Source: a bacterium
GTDB taxonomy: Bacteria > UBA8248
Reading direction: 5' to 3'
Length of the DNA: 64,000 bases
Assembly (NCBI GenBank): GCA_965213625.1
Contig: CBDBZU010000004.1
Coordinates: forward strand, 576,001-640,000
The notes beneath the pieces are model-generated. The model ran no database searches, had not been told where the DNA came from, and saw nothing but the letters and a program-made list of their open reading frames with translations. Positions 38,982 to 49,314 of the stretch are shown one piece after another; position 1 is the first letter of the stretch; each line of letters begins with the position of its first letter. Made by a program: the position numbers and the translations under genes.

Positions 38982-39764
38982 ATGAAGCTGTTCGTCGTCA
39001 ATCTCGCCAGGGCCAAGGAGCGCCGCCGCCGGATGGAAGATCAGTTCGCGTCATTGGACCTGGAAGCGACGTTTCACCCCGCAGTTGAAGCTAAAGAACT
39101 CACCCGCGAGCAATACGCACAGGTCGACAGGGAAACCAGGCGGCGGCTGGGACTCTGGCCCCAGGCGGACGGCTCCATCGCCAACTGGATAAGCCAGCGC
39201 CAGGTGATGGCGGAAATCGTGGAGAACGGCCCCGAAACCGCGGCTATCTTCGAGGACGACGCCGGGTTGTCGTCGGACCTTCCCAAGGTGCTCGACGCCT
39301 TGGAGCGCAGGCCCTTCGCCTTCGACGTCGTGAAGCTGAACCGGCGCTCGAACAGGACCTTCATCCCCTCCGAGCGCCTCGATACGGGACACCGGGTCGG
39401 CCGCGTTCGCTATTCCGACTACGGCAGCGAAGGCTACGTCATCACGCGCGAGGCGGCCCACCATTTTCTCGAGAACACGCCCATGATGATGCGCGAAATC
39501 GACCAGGCGCTATCCCGTTTCTGGGAGAACAGGCTGAACGTGTTCTACGTCGACCCGCCCGTCGTCTCGCACGACGAGCAGGATGATTCACAGATCGAAC
39601 GCGACCGCAGACTCGCGCGAAAAAAACACATGCGCGCCGACGGCGTAGTGTACGTAACGTGGCGTCGCGCAATAAGCGCCATCGTGCGCGAGGCGCAGCG
39701 ACGCATCGCTTTCCGACGCTTGATGCGCGGGGAAATCGGCGTCACCCCGCCGCCCCCGGAATAA
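38982..39764 (+). CDS. glycosyltransferase family 25
   Basis: VVNL...RR, FEDD and YVITREAA motifs. Confidence 0.88.
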   Translation: MKLFVVNLARAKERRRRMEDQFASLDLEATFHPAVEAKELTREQYAQVDRETRRRLGLWPQADGSIANWISQRQVMAEIVENGPETAAIFEDDAGLSSDLPKVLDALERRPFAFDVVKLNRRSNRTFIPSERLDTGHRVGRVRYSDYGSEGYVITREAAHHFLENTPMMMREIDQALSRFWENRLNVFYVDPPVVSHDEQDDSQIERDRRLARKKHMRADGVVYVTWRRAISAIVREAQRRIAFRRLMRGEIGVTPPPPE

Positions 39765-39879
39765 TTGACATCAGAACGAATTCTCCTTCATAATTGATTC
39801 ATCTAAGCAGATTTAAAGACCGCGGCTAAACCCTATGGCGCGGAGTGTGTGTTCCCCGTTGAATGGAAGGAGTTCGGGT

Positions 39880-41490
39880 ATGGACGCAACCGGTCGAATC
39901 GAAATCATTAATCCTATCGCTGCCGTAGCGCAAGATGACGGACCCGCCGAAGGGGCCGCCGTAGAGGGCCTGGACGGGCTCCGTATCGCTCTCCTCGACA
40001 ACAACATGCCCCACGCGGGCGACTTTCTGAGCCACGTCGGCGAAGTTTTCGCCGAACGCCACGACGCGAAGCTGCTCGTGCGCAAGAAGGGCTGGGCCGC
40101 CCAGGGCGCCGGGCAGGAGACGCTGGATGAGATCGCGTCCAACTGCGACGTGGCGGTAACCGGCTTCGGGGTCTGAGGGGGCTGCACGTCGTGGAGTGTC
40201 CACGACTCGGCAGAGCTTGAAAAACGCGGCGTCCCCACCGTCGTGGTGGTGGGCAACGGGTTCGAGACGGCGGCGCGCAGCTTCGCCAAGGCCTACAAAT
40301 CCCCCCATCTTCGGCTTCTCCTCGTCGATGACACCGTGGCCCACCAGGGCGGCGACGCCCTGTTGCGAATCGCGCAAAACGGCGTGGAATCGGTGGCCGC
40401 CGAGTGGATGAACACGGCGAACGGGGAAGCCGATGCGGTCGCCGAAGAGGACCCCATCGAGCGAATCCTCATGATCGCGGGAGACCCCATCGGCGCAAAC
40501 GGGGCGCTCTTCGATCTGGGCGCGACGGACGGGCTTCCCGTCATCCCCCCCACCCTGGAAATGGTGGAGCGGTTCGTCGAGGCCTCGGGCAGGAAGGGCA
40601 ATGAAGTAATCGCCCGCCTCATGCCGAGGCTGGCGGACATCACCGTGGAGCGTATCGCCGCCAACGCAATCATGGCGGGCTGCAATCCGGGCGCCATGCC
40701 CATCCTCATTACGGCGGTGCAGGCCATGGGAGCGGAGGAGTACCACGTCAACCACGTCATTACTACGGCGCACACGCTTTTCCCCATCGTCGTGGTGAGC
40801 GGCCCCATCGCTAAAGAGATCGGGATGAGCGACGGACGCGACTTGAGCGCGCAGGGCTGGGGGGTGAACGCCTCGGTCGGCCGCGCCGTCAAGCTCATCA
40901 TGTTCAACTGCATCGGCGACCTCGGAAACCGGGGCGCCACCTGCCAGGGTCATTTCGCAAAGTATTTCGACGCCATCACCGAGAACGTTGAGCAGAGCCC
41001 CTGGGAGCCGCTCCACGTCGAGCAGGGTTTTTCAGAATCCGACAGCGTGGTGACGGTGTTCACCGCGGAACCCCTCCACATGGTGGACGACCACAGCGCG
41101 CTCACCGCGCAGGGCATCCTCGGCACCTTCGGAACAGTGGCCGCCTGCTCGGGTACCCGGCCGCAGTTCGGCCGCTGCGAGATCATGCTCATCTTCGGTC
41201 CCACCCACGCGAACAAGGTCGCCGAAGCCGGGTTCGACAAGAAGCTCGTGCGCGATTACCTCTATGAGGTTCACCGGATTCCGGTCCATACCTACCCCCC
41301 CGAGTCACGGGAGCGCTGGAGCGACTGGAAGCAGATGCTCTACGGGGTGAACACGATGGAGGGAGCGACGATGCCCTTTGTCGAGGACAAGGACGACATC
41401 ACCATTCTGGTGCACGGTGGCGCGGGGCCGAACTCGCTCCTGGCGCCCGGCGCGCTGAACCACCGCTCCGTAACGCGGAAGATTGACTAG
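39880..41490 (+). CDS. UGSC-family selenoprotein fused to a TDGLPVIPPT-type domain (536 aa)
   Basis: ORFs 39835-40176 and 40243-41490 are in one frame; the junction reads TGFGV-U-GGCTSWSVHDSAELEKRGVP; SECIS-like hairpin downstream. Confidence 0.85.
40188..40206 (+). promoter_or_regulatory. putative bacterial SECIS hairpin
   Basis: GTCGTGGA-GTG-TCCACGAC; the stem starts 11 nt after the UGA at 40174-40176. Confidence 0.75.
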
Positions 41491-41493
41491 GCC

Positions 41494-42528
41494 ATGCCAG
41501 AGGCGCTTCTGAGCGAACTCTCGCCAGGCGCTCAGGCCGCGCTCGAAGCCGCGATGGAGGAAGGGCCGGGCGACGGCCTTCCCCTCGTCCCGCCTACCCG
41601 CAGGGCTGTCGACGCCACCCTCGCCGCCGTTCATGAGGGTTCCGGCCACGTTTTGGGGATCATGGCGCCCGCCATGGAAGAGGTGACGGTGGGCGATGCG
41701 GCCGTCTGCGCTGTGGCTGCCGGGTGCAAGCCGACGTACTTCCCTGTGGTCCTGGCGGCGCTCGAAGCCGTCATGGAGCCCGAGTTCAATTTTTTGGCCA
41801 TTCAGGCGACTACCGAGCTCGCCTCGCCCCTGGTGATCGTTCACGGGCCTATCGCCGAGCGGTTAGGCGTGCATTCGGGCAGCGGATGCATCGGGCCCGG
41901 CTTCCGGGCGAACGCCACCATCGGCCGCGCCGTCCGACTGGCCGCCGTCCGGCTGGGTATGGCGGCGCCCGGCGAGACCGACATGGCCACCTTCGGCCAC
42001 GGGGGCAAGTACGCCGCCTGTTTCGCCGAGGCGGCCTGCGGCTGGGAGCCTCTCCATGTGACGCGGGGATTCCGCGCGGAGCAGAGCGCGGTGACGGTGG
42101 TGGCTGCGGACGCGCCGGTGAACGTGAACGATTACGCGAGCGGCAGCGCGGAGAGTGTACTCCGCATGATCACGGGCACCATGGCCTATCCCGGCTCGAA
42201 CAACGCCCAGGGCGGCGGCGAGGTCTTGGTCGTCATCAGCCCACAGCATTTGGGGCTACTCGCCTCGGGCGGCATGGAACGGGCGGACGTGCAGCGCGCG
42301 CTCTTCGAGGGAGCGCGTGTGCCTATGAAGAGTTTTTCGCCCGAGATCGCCGAGCGCGTTCGCGGCAGGCGGCCGGGGCTTTTCGCGGACACGGAGCCGG
42401 AAGCCGTTCCGGTAGCGGATAAGCCGGAAAACATTCTCATCAGTGTGGCCGGGGGGCCGGGGAGCCACACGCTCTTCTTCCCCACCTACGGAGAAACCCG
42501 GGCGGTCACGAAGCCGGTACGCGATTAG
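41494..42528 (+). CDS. uncharacterised protein paralogous to the C-terminal domain of the upstream selenoprotein
   Basis: GDGLPLVPPT, AAGC.P, ANATIGRA and WEPLHV motifs shared with 40243-41490. Confidence 0.85.
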   Translation: MPEALLSELSPGAQAALEAAMEEGPGDGLPLVPPTRRAVDATLAAVHEGSGHVLGIMAPAMEEVTVGDAAVCAVAAGCKPTYFPVVLAALEAVMEPEFNFLAIQATTELASPLVIVHGPIAERLGVHSGSGCIGPGFRANATIGRAVRLAAVRLGMAAPGETDMATFGHGGKYAACFAEAACGWEPLHVTRGFRAEQSAVTVVAADAPVNVNDYASGSAESVLRMITGTMAYPGSNNAQGGGEVLVVISPQHLGLLASGGMERADVQRALFEGARVPMKSFSPEIAERVRGRRPGLFADTEPEAVPVADKPENILISVAGGPGSHTLFFPTYGETRAVTKPVRD

Positions 42529-42803
42529 ATGAACGATACGGGCGAGAGAAAAGGGAATTGCATGCGTGACTCGGAAGCGGGATTCCGGTCTCCAGGTCCG
42601 AAAAGGAGGGATTTAATCACTCCTCTTGAGGGGGTTGTTCTCTACCAAGGAACATATCGGAATCACTCCCCCCTTGAGGGGGAGTCGAAGAGGCCGAGCC
42701 CTTGGGCGAAGGCCGATTCGGTGGGGGGACATGCCACAGTAAAAATCTCCCCACACCAGTTCGCTTTCGGGCTAACGCCCTCAGCTCACTGACTCCCCCT
42801 CAA

Positions 42804-44323
42804 GGGGCTGTTGAAAAACCCCCGGCATTGTGATTGGGTGTAATGACACTATCTCGCCCGAGATGGGAGTTCCCTCGATGATAGGCAGCAAGAGGCGCGA
42901 GCAGATGGATTTGTTCGTGGCCGGTTCGCTGGATCGGCTGATCCCCGAGGATCACGTCCTGATGCGCGTGGACCGCGTACTGGATTTGAGTTGGCTTCGT
43001 GAGGAGGTGGCGGATTGCTATTGCGCGGACAATGGTCGACCGGGGATCGACCCGGAGGTGGCGCTCCGCTTGATGCTTGCGGGTATGTTGCTGGGCTACG
43101 TACACGACCGGCGTCTGCTTCGCGAGGCGCGTGCGCACCTGGCGATCCGGTGGTTCATCGGATACGGGTTGCACGAGGAGTTGCCGCATCATTCGAGCCT
43201 GACGCGGATTCGTCAGCGGTGGGGGGAGGCTCGGTTCAAGGAGATATTCCGCCGGACGGTGCAGGCTTGTCTGGAGGCGAATGTGGCGAAGGGGGAAGTG
43301 GTGCACGTGGACGCCTCGTTGATACGCGCGGACGTGAGCTGGGAGAGCCTGGCGGCGCACCACGCGGAGAAGGTGATTCAGGAGAATCCCGTCGATGATG
43401 AGGTCGGGAAGAAGGGAGGAGGCCGCGGTGGCGGGGGTCCGGTGAGCCGGACGGACCCGGACGCGCGGCTTGCGCGCAAGAGCGCGCGGGCGGGGTTCGA
43501 GCCGAGCTACAAGCAGCACGCGGCGGTGGACGATGAGCGGGGTGTTGTTCTCGACGTGTCGGTGACGGAGGGGACGCGGAACGAGCGTGAGATGATGGCG
43601 TCCCATATAGAGGCGGTAAGCGAGTTGTCGGGCCGCGCGCCGGAGATGGTGACGGCGGATTCGGGCTACGCGTACTCGAAGGTTTATGGCGAATTGGAGC
43701 GGCGGGGCGTGGAAGCGCTGATACCAGCGAAGAAGGAACCCAGCCAGAGCCGTGTTCCGCTGCAGTTGTTCCACTACGACGCGCGCAACGAGGTGGTGAA
43801 GTGTCCGGGAGGCAAGACGCTGCGCCCCCGGCAGGCGACGGAGCGGGGGCGCTCCTATGTATCGAAGACGCGGGATTGCGCGGGCTGCGCGCTCCGTGCG
43901 GATTGTCTGTCGAAGTCGCGCACGAGCAGGACGGTGTTGATTCCGCACGCGTATCCGGCGCTGTTGCGCGCGCGTCGGCGGCATGCGCGCTGGGGGGAGG
44001 AGGAGAAGCGTCTCTATGGCCGCCACCGTTGGCGCTCGGAGGGCTACCACGGCGAGGCGAAGAGCCGGCACGGACTGGGGCGGGCGGTGCGCCGGGGCCT
44101 TGCGAACATGCGGATCCAGTCCTACCTGACGGCGATAGCGGTGAACCTCAAGCGGCTGGCCGCCGCTTTTGCGGCGCGTATATTCGCCCTCTGGACGGCC
44201 TGTGCCGCCCGGAGACGCCGGCTGCGCGCACATGGCGCCCTCACGCGCCAATTGGGCTGCCTCCCCGCCGCCGCGTGAGCCGCCAAAACGCCCGCTTCCA
44301 ACACCGGGTTTTTCAACAGACCC
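42804..44323 (+). mobile_element. IS1182-family insertion sequence, copy 2 (1520 bp), CTCAA target duplication
   Basis: IRs GGGGCTGTTGAAAAACCC / GGGTTTTTCAACAGACCC; CTCAA at 42799-42803 and 44324-44328. Confidence 0.93.
42878..44278 (+). CDS. IS1182-family DDE transposase
   Basis: Close but non-identical paralog of 13183-14556. Confidence 0.93.
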   Translation: MIGSKRREQMDLFVAGSLDRLIPEDHVLMRVDRVLDLSWLREEVADCYCADNGRPGIDPEVALRLMLAGMLLGYVHDRRLLREARAHLAIRWFIGYGLHEELPHHSSLTRIRQRWGEARFKEIFRRTVQACLEANVAKGEVVHVDASLIRADVSWESLAAHHAEKVIQENPVDDEVGKKGGGRGGGGPVSRTDPDARLARKSARAGFEPSYKQHAAVDDERGVVLDVSVTEGTRNEREMMASHIEAVSELSGRAPEMVTADSGYAYSKVYGELERRGVEALIPAKKEPSQSRVPLQLFHYDARNEVVKCPGGKTLRPRQATERGRSYVSKTRDCAGCALRADCLSKSRTSRTVLIPHAYPALLRARRRHARWGEEEKRLYGRHRWRSEGYHGEAKSRHGLGRAVRRGLANMRIQSYLTAIAVNLKRLAAAFAARIFALWTACAARRRRLRAHGALTRQLGCLPAAA

Positions 44324-44488
44324 CTCAAGGGGGGAGTGAAAATAGCGCACTCCTTCTGTGGACTTTATCAACAACCCCCTCAGGGGGAGAGTGGGAGAAA
44401 CCCAAGTTCAGGGGAGTGATTTTGGATAGGGAATTTTGAATTCAACTGGTAGATTCTTCATGAATTGACCGGCATATAGGAGACACAC

Positions 44489-45874
44489 ATGGCCGATAGG
44501 AGCAACGTCGACGTCCTCGTAGTCGGAGCGGGCATGGCCGGGGTATGCGCCGCGGTCGCCGCAGCGCGGGGCGGTGCGCGGACGGTACTCACGGATCGCT
44601 ACGCCTTCCTCGGGGGCAACGCCACCGCGGGCCTTCTCGGCAACTTCCTCACCTTCCACAACATGAAGGGGGAGCAGATCTGCAACGGCATCCCCCAGGA
44701 GATCGTGGACGAACTCATCCGGCTGGGCGGCGCCTTTCCCGAGGGTCACCTCCACAACGCTTATGGCAACTCCTACTCCGTGACGCCCCAGGACGGCGAA
44801 GTGCTCAAACTCGTGAACCAGAAGCTCTGCCTGGACGCGGGCGTCGATCTGGTGCTGAATACCTACACCATCGGGCCCGTCATGGACGGCGACCGGGTGG
44901 CCGGCGCGCGCATCGTGAACAAGAGCGGGGAGAGCGAGATCCGCGCGCAAGTCGTCATCGACGCGAGCGGGGACGCGGACATCGCAGCGCAGGCGGGCGC
45001 GCCCTTCCACCTCGGTGACGAAGAGGGAAAGATGATGTCCATCAGCCTCTTCTCCCGGATGGGGAACGTGGACCTGGACCGCCACCTCCAGCACGTCAAG
45101 GCCAACCCGACGAATTTCATGCTCGGCGAGGACCCCTACATCGGGAAGAGCCGCGAGGAGATCGCCGCAGGTCTCCGCACCCACAAGGACTACCCCCTCG
45201 TGACCGGCTATTACGAGTCGGTCAAGCTCGCCCAGTCGCGCGGCGAATTCCACCCGAACAGACAGCGGGTGGTGTTCTCCATCACCAACATTCCCGGCGT
45301 GGTCACCATCAACTCGACGAGCATGCTGGGCTACAGCGGCGTCGACAACGATGACCTGAACCAGGTCGCCATCGAGGGCCGCGAGCAGGTATTCAAGGTG
45401 CGCGATTTCTACCGCAAATACGCGCCCGGCTTCGAGGAGTGCTACGTGATGGACTCGGCCTCGGCCATTGGGGTGCGCGAGACGCGCCGCATCATCGGGG
45501 AGGAGACCCTCACCACCGAGGACTGCGTCGAGGCGCGCAAGGGGCCGCGCGACATCGGTCAGGGGGCTTACTGCCTGGACGTACACCAGCCCACCGGCGT
45601 GATCGAGCACAAGCACATCCGGGACGGTGAGTCCTACGGCATCCCCTACGGCATTATGCTCCCGCAGAAGATAGAGAACTGCCTCGTGGCGGGCCGGCCC
45701 GTCTCGAGCGATCGCTTTGCGAACGGCTCCGTGCGCAACCAGGCCCACATCATGACCATCGGGCAGGCGGCGGGTACGGCGGCGGCCATGTGCGTGGAGC
45801 GCAGGACGACCCCGCGCGAACTGCCGGTCGAGCCCCTGCGGGAGAAGCTTCGCCAGGATGGAGCGGTCGTGTAA
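44489..45874 (+). CDS. FAD-dependent oxidoreductase
   Basis: GAGMAG, IDASGDAD, VRETRRI.G, YGIPY and GQAAG motifs. Confidence 0.92.
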   Translation: MADRSNVDVLVVGAGMAGVCAAVAAARGGARTVLTDRYAFLGGNATAGLLGNFLTFHNMKGEQICNGIPQEIVDELIRLGGAFPEGHLHNAYGNSYSVTPQDGEVLKLVNQKLCLDAGVDLVLNTYTIGPVMDGDRVAGARIVNKSGESEIRAQVVIDASGDADIAAQAGAPFHLGDEEGKMMSISLFSRMGNVDLDRHLQHVKANPTNFMLGEDPYIGKSREEIAAGLRTHKDYPLVTGYYESVKLAQSRGEFHPNRQRVVFSITNIPGVVTINSTSMLGYSGVDNDDLNQVAIEGREQVFKVRDFYRKYAPGFEECYVMDSASAIGVRETRRIIGEETLTTEDCVEARKGPRDIGQGAYCLDVHQPTGVIEHKHIRDGESYGIPYGIMLPQKIENCLVAGRPVSSDRFANGSVRNQAHIMTIGQAAGTAAAMCVERRTTPRELPVEPLREKLRQDGAVV

Positions 45875-45926
45875 CCGCTCCTTGGAATTCGCATCATCCG
45901 GTCACCCAGAAAAGGGAGGAGAAACG

Positions 45927-47198
45927 ATGAAACGTTCCAGACGCTGGCTATTCATTATCGCCGTGGCCGCTTTTGTGGCGGGGCTCGCGCTGCCCGCCGC
46001 GGCGGCCAAGAAGGTCACGCTCCTCATCCACCCGACCTTGTTCAAGGCGGCGGGCGGTCCCAAGGGCGTCGTGGCCGACTTAGAGAAGGAAAAGGGCATC
46101 AAGGTGACCGTGGTCACCACACCCTACGGGAAAATCAAGGACAAGGCGGTCCTCTCCTTCGCGGCCGGAGGCGGGCAGTTCGACGTGGTGTCCTGGGTGG
46201 ACGCCTGGGTCAACCCCGAGACGATAGGTTTTTTGGAGCCGCTGGACAGCTACATCAAGAGCGCGCCCAAAGACTACGACTACGGGGACCTCATCCCCGC
46301 CCTCTCGGGCACAACTCGCTTCCCCAAGCCCGGCGGGCCCGCCTACGGCGTTCCCTACCGGACGGGCACGGGAATCGTCTATTACCGCAAGGACCTCTTC
46401 GCGGCGGCCAAAGTCTCGATTCCCAAGACCTGGGATGAATTTCTCGCCGCGGCCGAAAAGCTGAACCAGCCCGGCAAGATCTACGGCGTCGTCCAGCGCG
46501 GAAAACCCGGTGTCCACGTGGAGCAGGACTTCCTGCGCTATCTCCACAGTTCGGGCCACGGCGTGCTCTCCGCCGACAACAAGACCTGCCTGCTGGATCG
46601 CGCCGATTCGATCAAGCTGCTCGAGGTATTCGGCAAGCCGTTCCGCAGCGGCTGGTCCCCGCCCGACATGCTGGCCTGGGGCCGGGACGAATACAGAAAC
46701 GCCATGATGCAGGGCCGCGCCGCCATGGGGGTCTACTTCTCCCCCTACTGGGGCCTGATGACCAACCCCAAGAAGTCCAAGACGGCGGACAAGCTGGGCT
46801 ATTTCCTCGTCCCCTCGTTGGACGGCAAGAACCGGGGCGCCACCCTGAACGGCGGCTGGCACCTGATCATGGACAAGAAGAGCAAGAACAAGGCGGCGGC
46901 CTGGGAACTCATGATGGCGCTCTCCAACAAGAAGAACCAGCTCCGGGGCGCCCTGCAGTGGGCGAACGGCCCCGTGCGCAGCTCGGTCTACAACAACGCG
47001 GACTACCTGAAGAAGTTCCCCGTGGCGAAGGCGTGGCTGACCGCCATCAGCCGGGGCAGCGGCGCGGCGCAGCATCCGCGCGCGTCCGAGATAAGCGACG
47101 CCACCTCGAAGGAAGTCATCAACTACCTGCAGAAGAAAAAGAGCGCCAAGCAGGCCATGGGGGACGCCTGCAAGCGGATCAACGCGGTTTTGAAGTAA
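45927..47198 (+). CDS. carbohydrate ABC transporter substrate-binding protein
   Basis: Signal peptide, YYRKDLF, PKTWDE and GRAAM motifs. Confidence 0.9.
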   Translation: MKRSRRWLFIIAVAAFVAGLALPAAAAKKVTLLIHPTLFKAAGGPKGVVADLEKEKGIKVTVVTTPYGKIKDKAVLSFAAGGGQFDVVSWVDAWVNPETIGFLEPLDSYIKSAPKDYDYGDLIPALSGTTRFPKPGGPAYGVPYRTGTGIVYYRKDLFAAAKVSIPKTWDEFLAAAEKLNQPGKIYGVVQRGKPGVHVEQDFLRYLHSSGHGVLSADNKTCLLDRADSIKLLEVFGKPFRSGWSPPDMLAWGRDEYRNAMMQGRAAMGVYFSPYWGLMTNPKKSKTADKLGYFLVPSLDGKNRGATLNGGWHLIMDKKSKNKAAAWELMMALSNKKNQLRGALQWANGPVRSSVYNNADYLKKFPVAKAWLTAISRGSGAAQHPRASEISDATSKEVINYLQKKKSAKQAMGDACKRINAVLK

Positions 47199-47521
47199 AG
47201 CGTCCGGGGACGAAAACCGGACGCGGAGGCATTCCCGGGGGGTCGAACCCGACCGGGGAGGGAGGGTTCGCTACCCCGGACGAGGGGCCAAGTGAAACAC
47301 GATGGTTCTGTAGGGATGGGTCGCGACCTGTCCCTACCAGAGCACCCCCCCCCTACCCCCCCTTGACAGGGGGGTAAAGGCGATGCCCCCCGGCGAAGGG
47401 CTTTTGTTTTTTCTTGCCCCCCTGACAAGGGGGGGTAGGGGGGGTTGCCTTTCAAGTGATTACGGATTGACGGGATGATGGCGACCAATACGTCGGGACA
47501 GGCGCAAGCACGGAGAGTGTC

Positions 47522-48451
47522 GTGAATACCGGAGCCGTTCAGAAAACAGCGCGGCGGGGCGGCATGGCGTGGCTCACCCCCGCGCGAAAGCAGACGATGG
47601 CGCCCTACCTGCTCATGGCGCCCGCCTTCGCCATCCTGGGCGGGATACTGGTCTATCCTTCCTTCTACAACATCTATCTCTCCATGTGGAAATGGCGGCT
47701 CACTACGCCGCACCTCTCCACCTTCGTCGGCTTTGCGAACTACGTGCACCTGCTCACGTTCGACCCCGACTTCTGGCAGGTAACCCGCTTCAGCCTGGGC
47801 TTCACCGTGGCCACCATCGCCCTGGAGTTCATCCTGGGGGTAGCGAGCGCGCTGCTGCTCTACGGCCTGGTTCGCGGCAGGCGGCTCATGACGTCCTTTC
47901 TCCTCACCCCCTACATGGTCGCTCCCATTGCGGTGGGCCTCGGCTGGCGGCTCATGTGGGACCGTGACATCGGCATCGTGAACCTCCTCATCGCACTCGT
48001 GGGAATTGCCAAGGTGAACTGGCTCGCCGAGACCGGCCCAGCCTTCTGGGCCATCGTGATCTGCGAGGTCTGGCGTTCGACGCCCTTCGTCACCATGATC
48101 CTCCTGGCGGGCATCACGGCGCTCCCCAACGAGGTGTTCGAAGCCGCCCACGTGGACGGCGCGAACCGGGTGCAGGTATTCCGGCGGATCACCTTTCCGC
48201 TCATCCTTCCCCCGCTGGTGGTGGCGTTGCTGTTTCAGACCATCTTCAAGCTGCGGGTGTTCGACATTCCCTACATTCTCACGGAAGGAGGCCCCGGCAC
48301 GTCCACCATGCCTTACGGCCTGTTTATCCAGCGCATTTATTTCCGTTATTTCGACGTGGGCAACGCGGCGGCCACCTCGGTCGTCCTCCTCGTGCTGGGC
48401 GCCGGGATCGCGTTCGCCTACATGCGGCTCATTCGGGACAGGGACGGCTAG
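47522..48451 (+). CDS. carbohydrate ABC transporter permease
   Basis: FVGFANY, EAAHVDGA and TEGGPG motifs. Confidence 0.93.
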   Translation: MNTGAVQKTARRGGMAWLTPARKQTMAPYLLMAPAFAILGGILVYPSFYNIYLSMWKWRLTTPHLSTFVGFANYVHLLTFDPDFWQVTRFSLGFTVATIALEFILGVASALLLYGLVRGRRLMTSFLLTPYMVAPIAVGLGWRLMWDRDIGIVNLLIALVGIAKVNWLAETGPAFWAIVICEVWRSTPFVTMILLAGITALPNEVFEAAHVDGANRVQVFRRITFPLILPPLVVALLFQTIFKLRVFDIPYILTEGGPGTSTMPYGLFIQRIYFRYFDVGNAAATSVVLLVLGAGIAFAYMRLIRDRDG

Positions 48452-48454
48452 GCG

Positions 48455-49303
48455 ATGGCGCGGGGCGAAGAACAGATTGGGCCGGGGATTCCCTCCTTCC
48501 CGGCGGCGCGTGGGGCGATGCTGGTGCTGCTTGCGTTCAGCCTGTTTCCGATCGTCTGGATCATGCTCACCTCGGTGAAGAACGAGACCGCCATCTTCAG
48601 CATCCCGCCCACGGTTTTCGTGACCCCGGATTTCTCATCATACTGGAAGTTCCTGGGCTTCGGTAACGAATCGGCGCTGCTGTTCATCTGGAACAGCGCG
48701 TTCATCGCCGTGGTGACGACCTTTCTCACCCTGCTTGTCTCCTCGCTTGCGGCCTACGCGTTTTCGCGCTACCGCTTCCGGGCGTCGAACTATCTTCTCT
48801 TCTTTATGCTGGCCACGCGCCTCCTGCCGCCCGTAACAGCGGTGGTTCCGCTCTACCTGCTGTTCCGCTATCTCCAGATTCTCGACACGCGGCTCATCCT
48901 GATCCTCATCTACACCGCCCTCAACATCCCCTTCGGCACCTGGCTGATGAAGGCGTTTTTCGACGGCATCCCCAGGGAACTCGAAGAGGCCGCGGCGCTC
49001 GACGGCTGCGGCGCGCTGCGCACGCTGGCGAAAGTGACCTTCCCCCTCGCGTCCTCGGGTATCGCCGCGACCTCCATATTCGTCTTCCTGCTGGCCTGGA
49101 ACGAGTTCATGTTCGCGTTCATGCTGACGAACGTGCACGCGCGCACCATCCCCGTCCGCCTGGCGGAGACCATGGGCGAGATGCAGGTCTTCTGGCAGGA
49201 TATGTCCACCCTCGCGACGCTCATCATGCTGCCCGCCCTGCTCGTGGGCTTTTTCATGCAGCGCTATCTCATCCGCGCCTTGACGGCCGGAGCGGTGAAG
49301 TAG
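48455..49303 (+). CDS. carbohydrate ABC transporter permease
   Basis: IPRELEEAAALDG and AWNEF motifs. Confidence 0.93.
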   Translation: MARGEEQIGPGIPSFPAARGAMLVLLAFSLFPIVWIMLTSVKNETAIFSIPPTVFVTPDFSSYWKFLGFGNESALLFIWNSAFIAVVTTFLTLLVSSLAAYAFSRYRFRASNYLLFFMLATRLLPPVTAVVPLYLLFRYLQILDTRLILILIYTALNIPFGTWLMKAFFDGIPRELEEAAALDGCGALRTLAKVTFPLASSGIAATSIFVFLLAWNEFMFAFMLTNVHARTIPVRLAETMGEMQVFWQDMSTLATLIMLPALLVGFFMQRYLIRALTAGAVK

Positions 49304-49314
49304 GAGGAGTCGGC

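Noticed and set aside
47230-47280. tRNA-like fragment (GGTCGAACCC)
   Set aside because: No cloverleaf can be built, and it lies within a palindromic repeat cluster.
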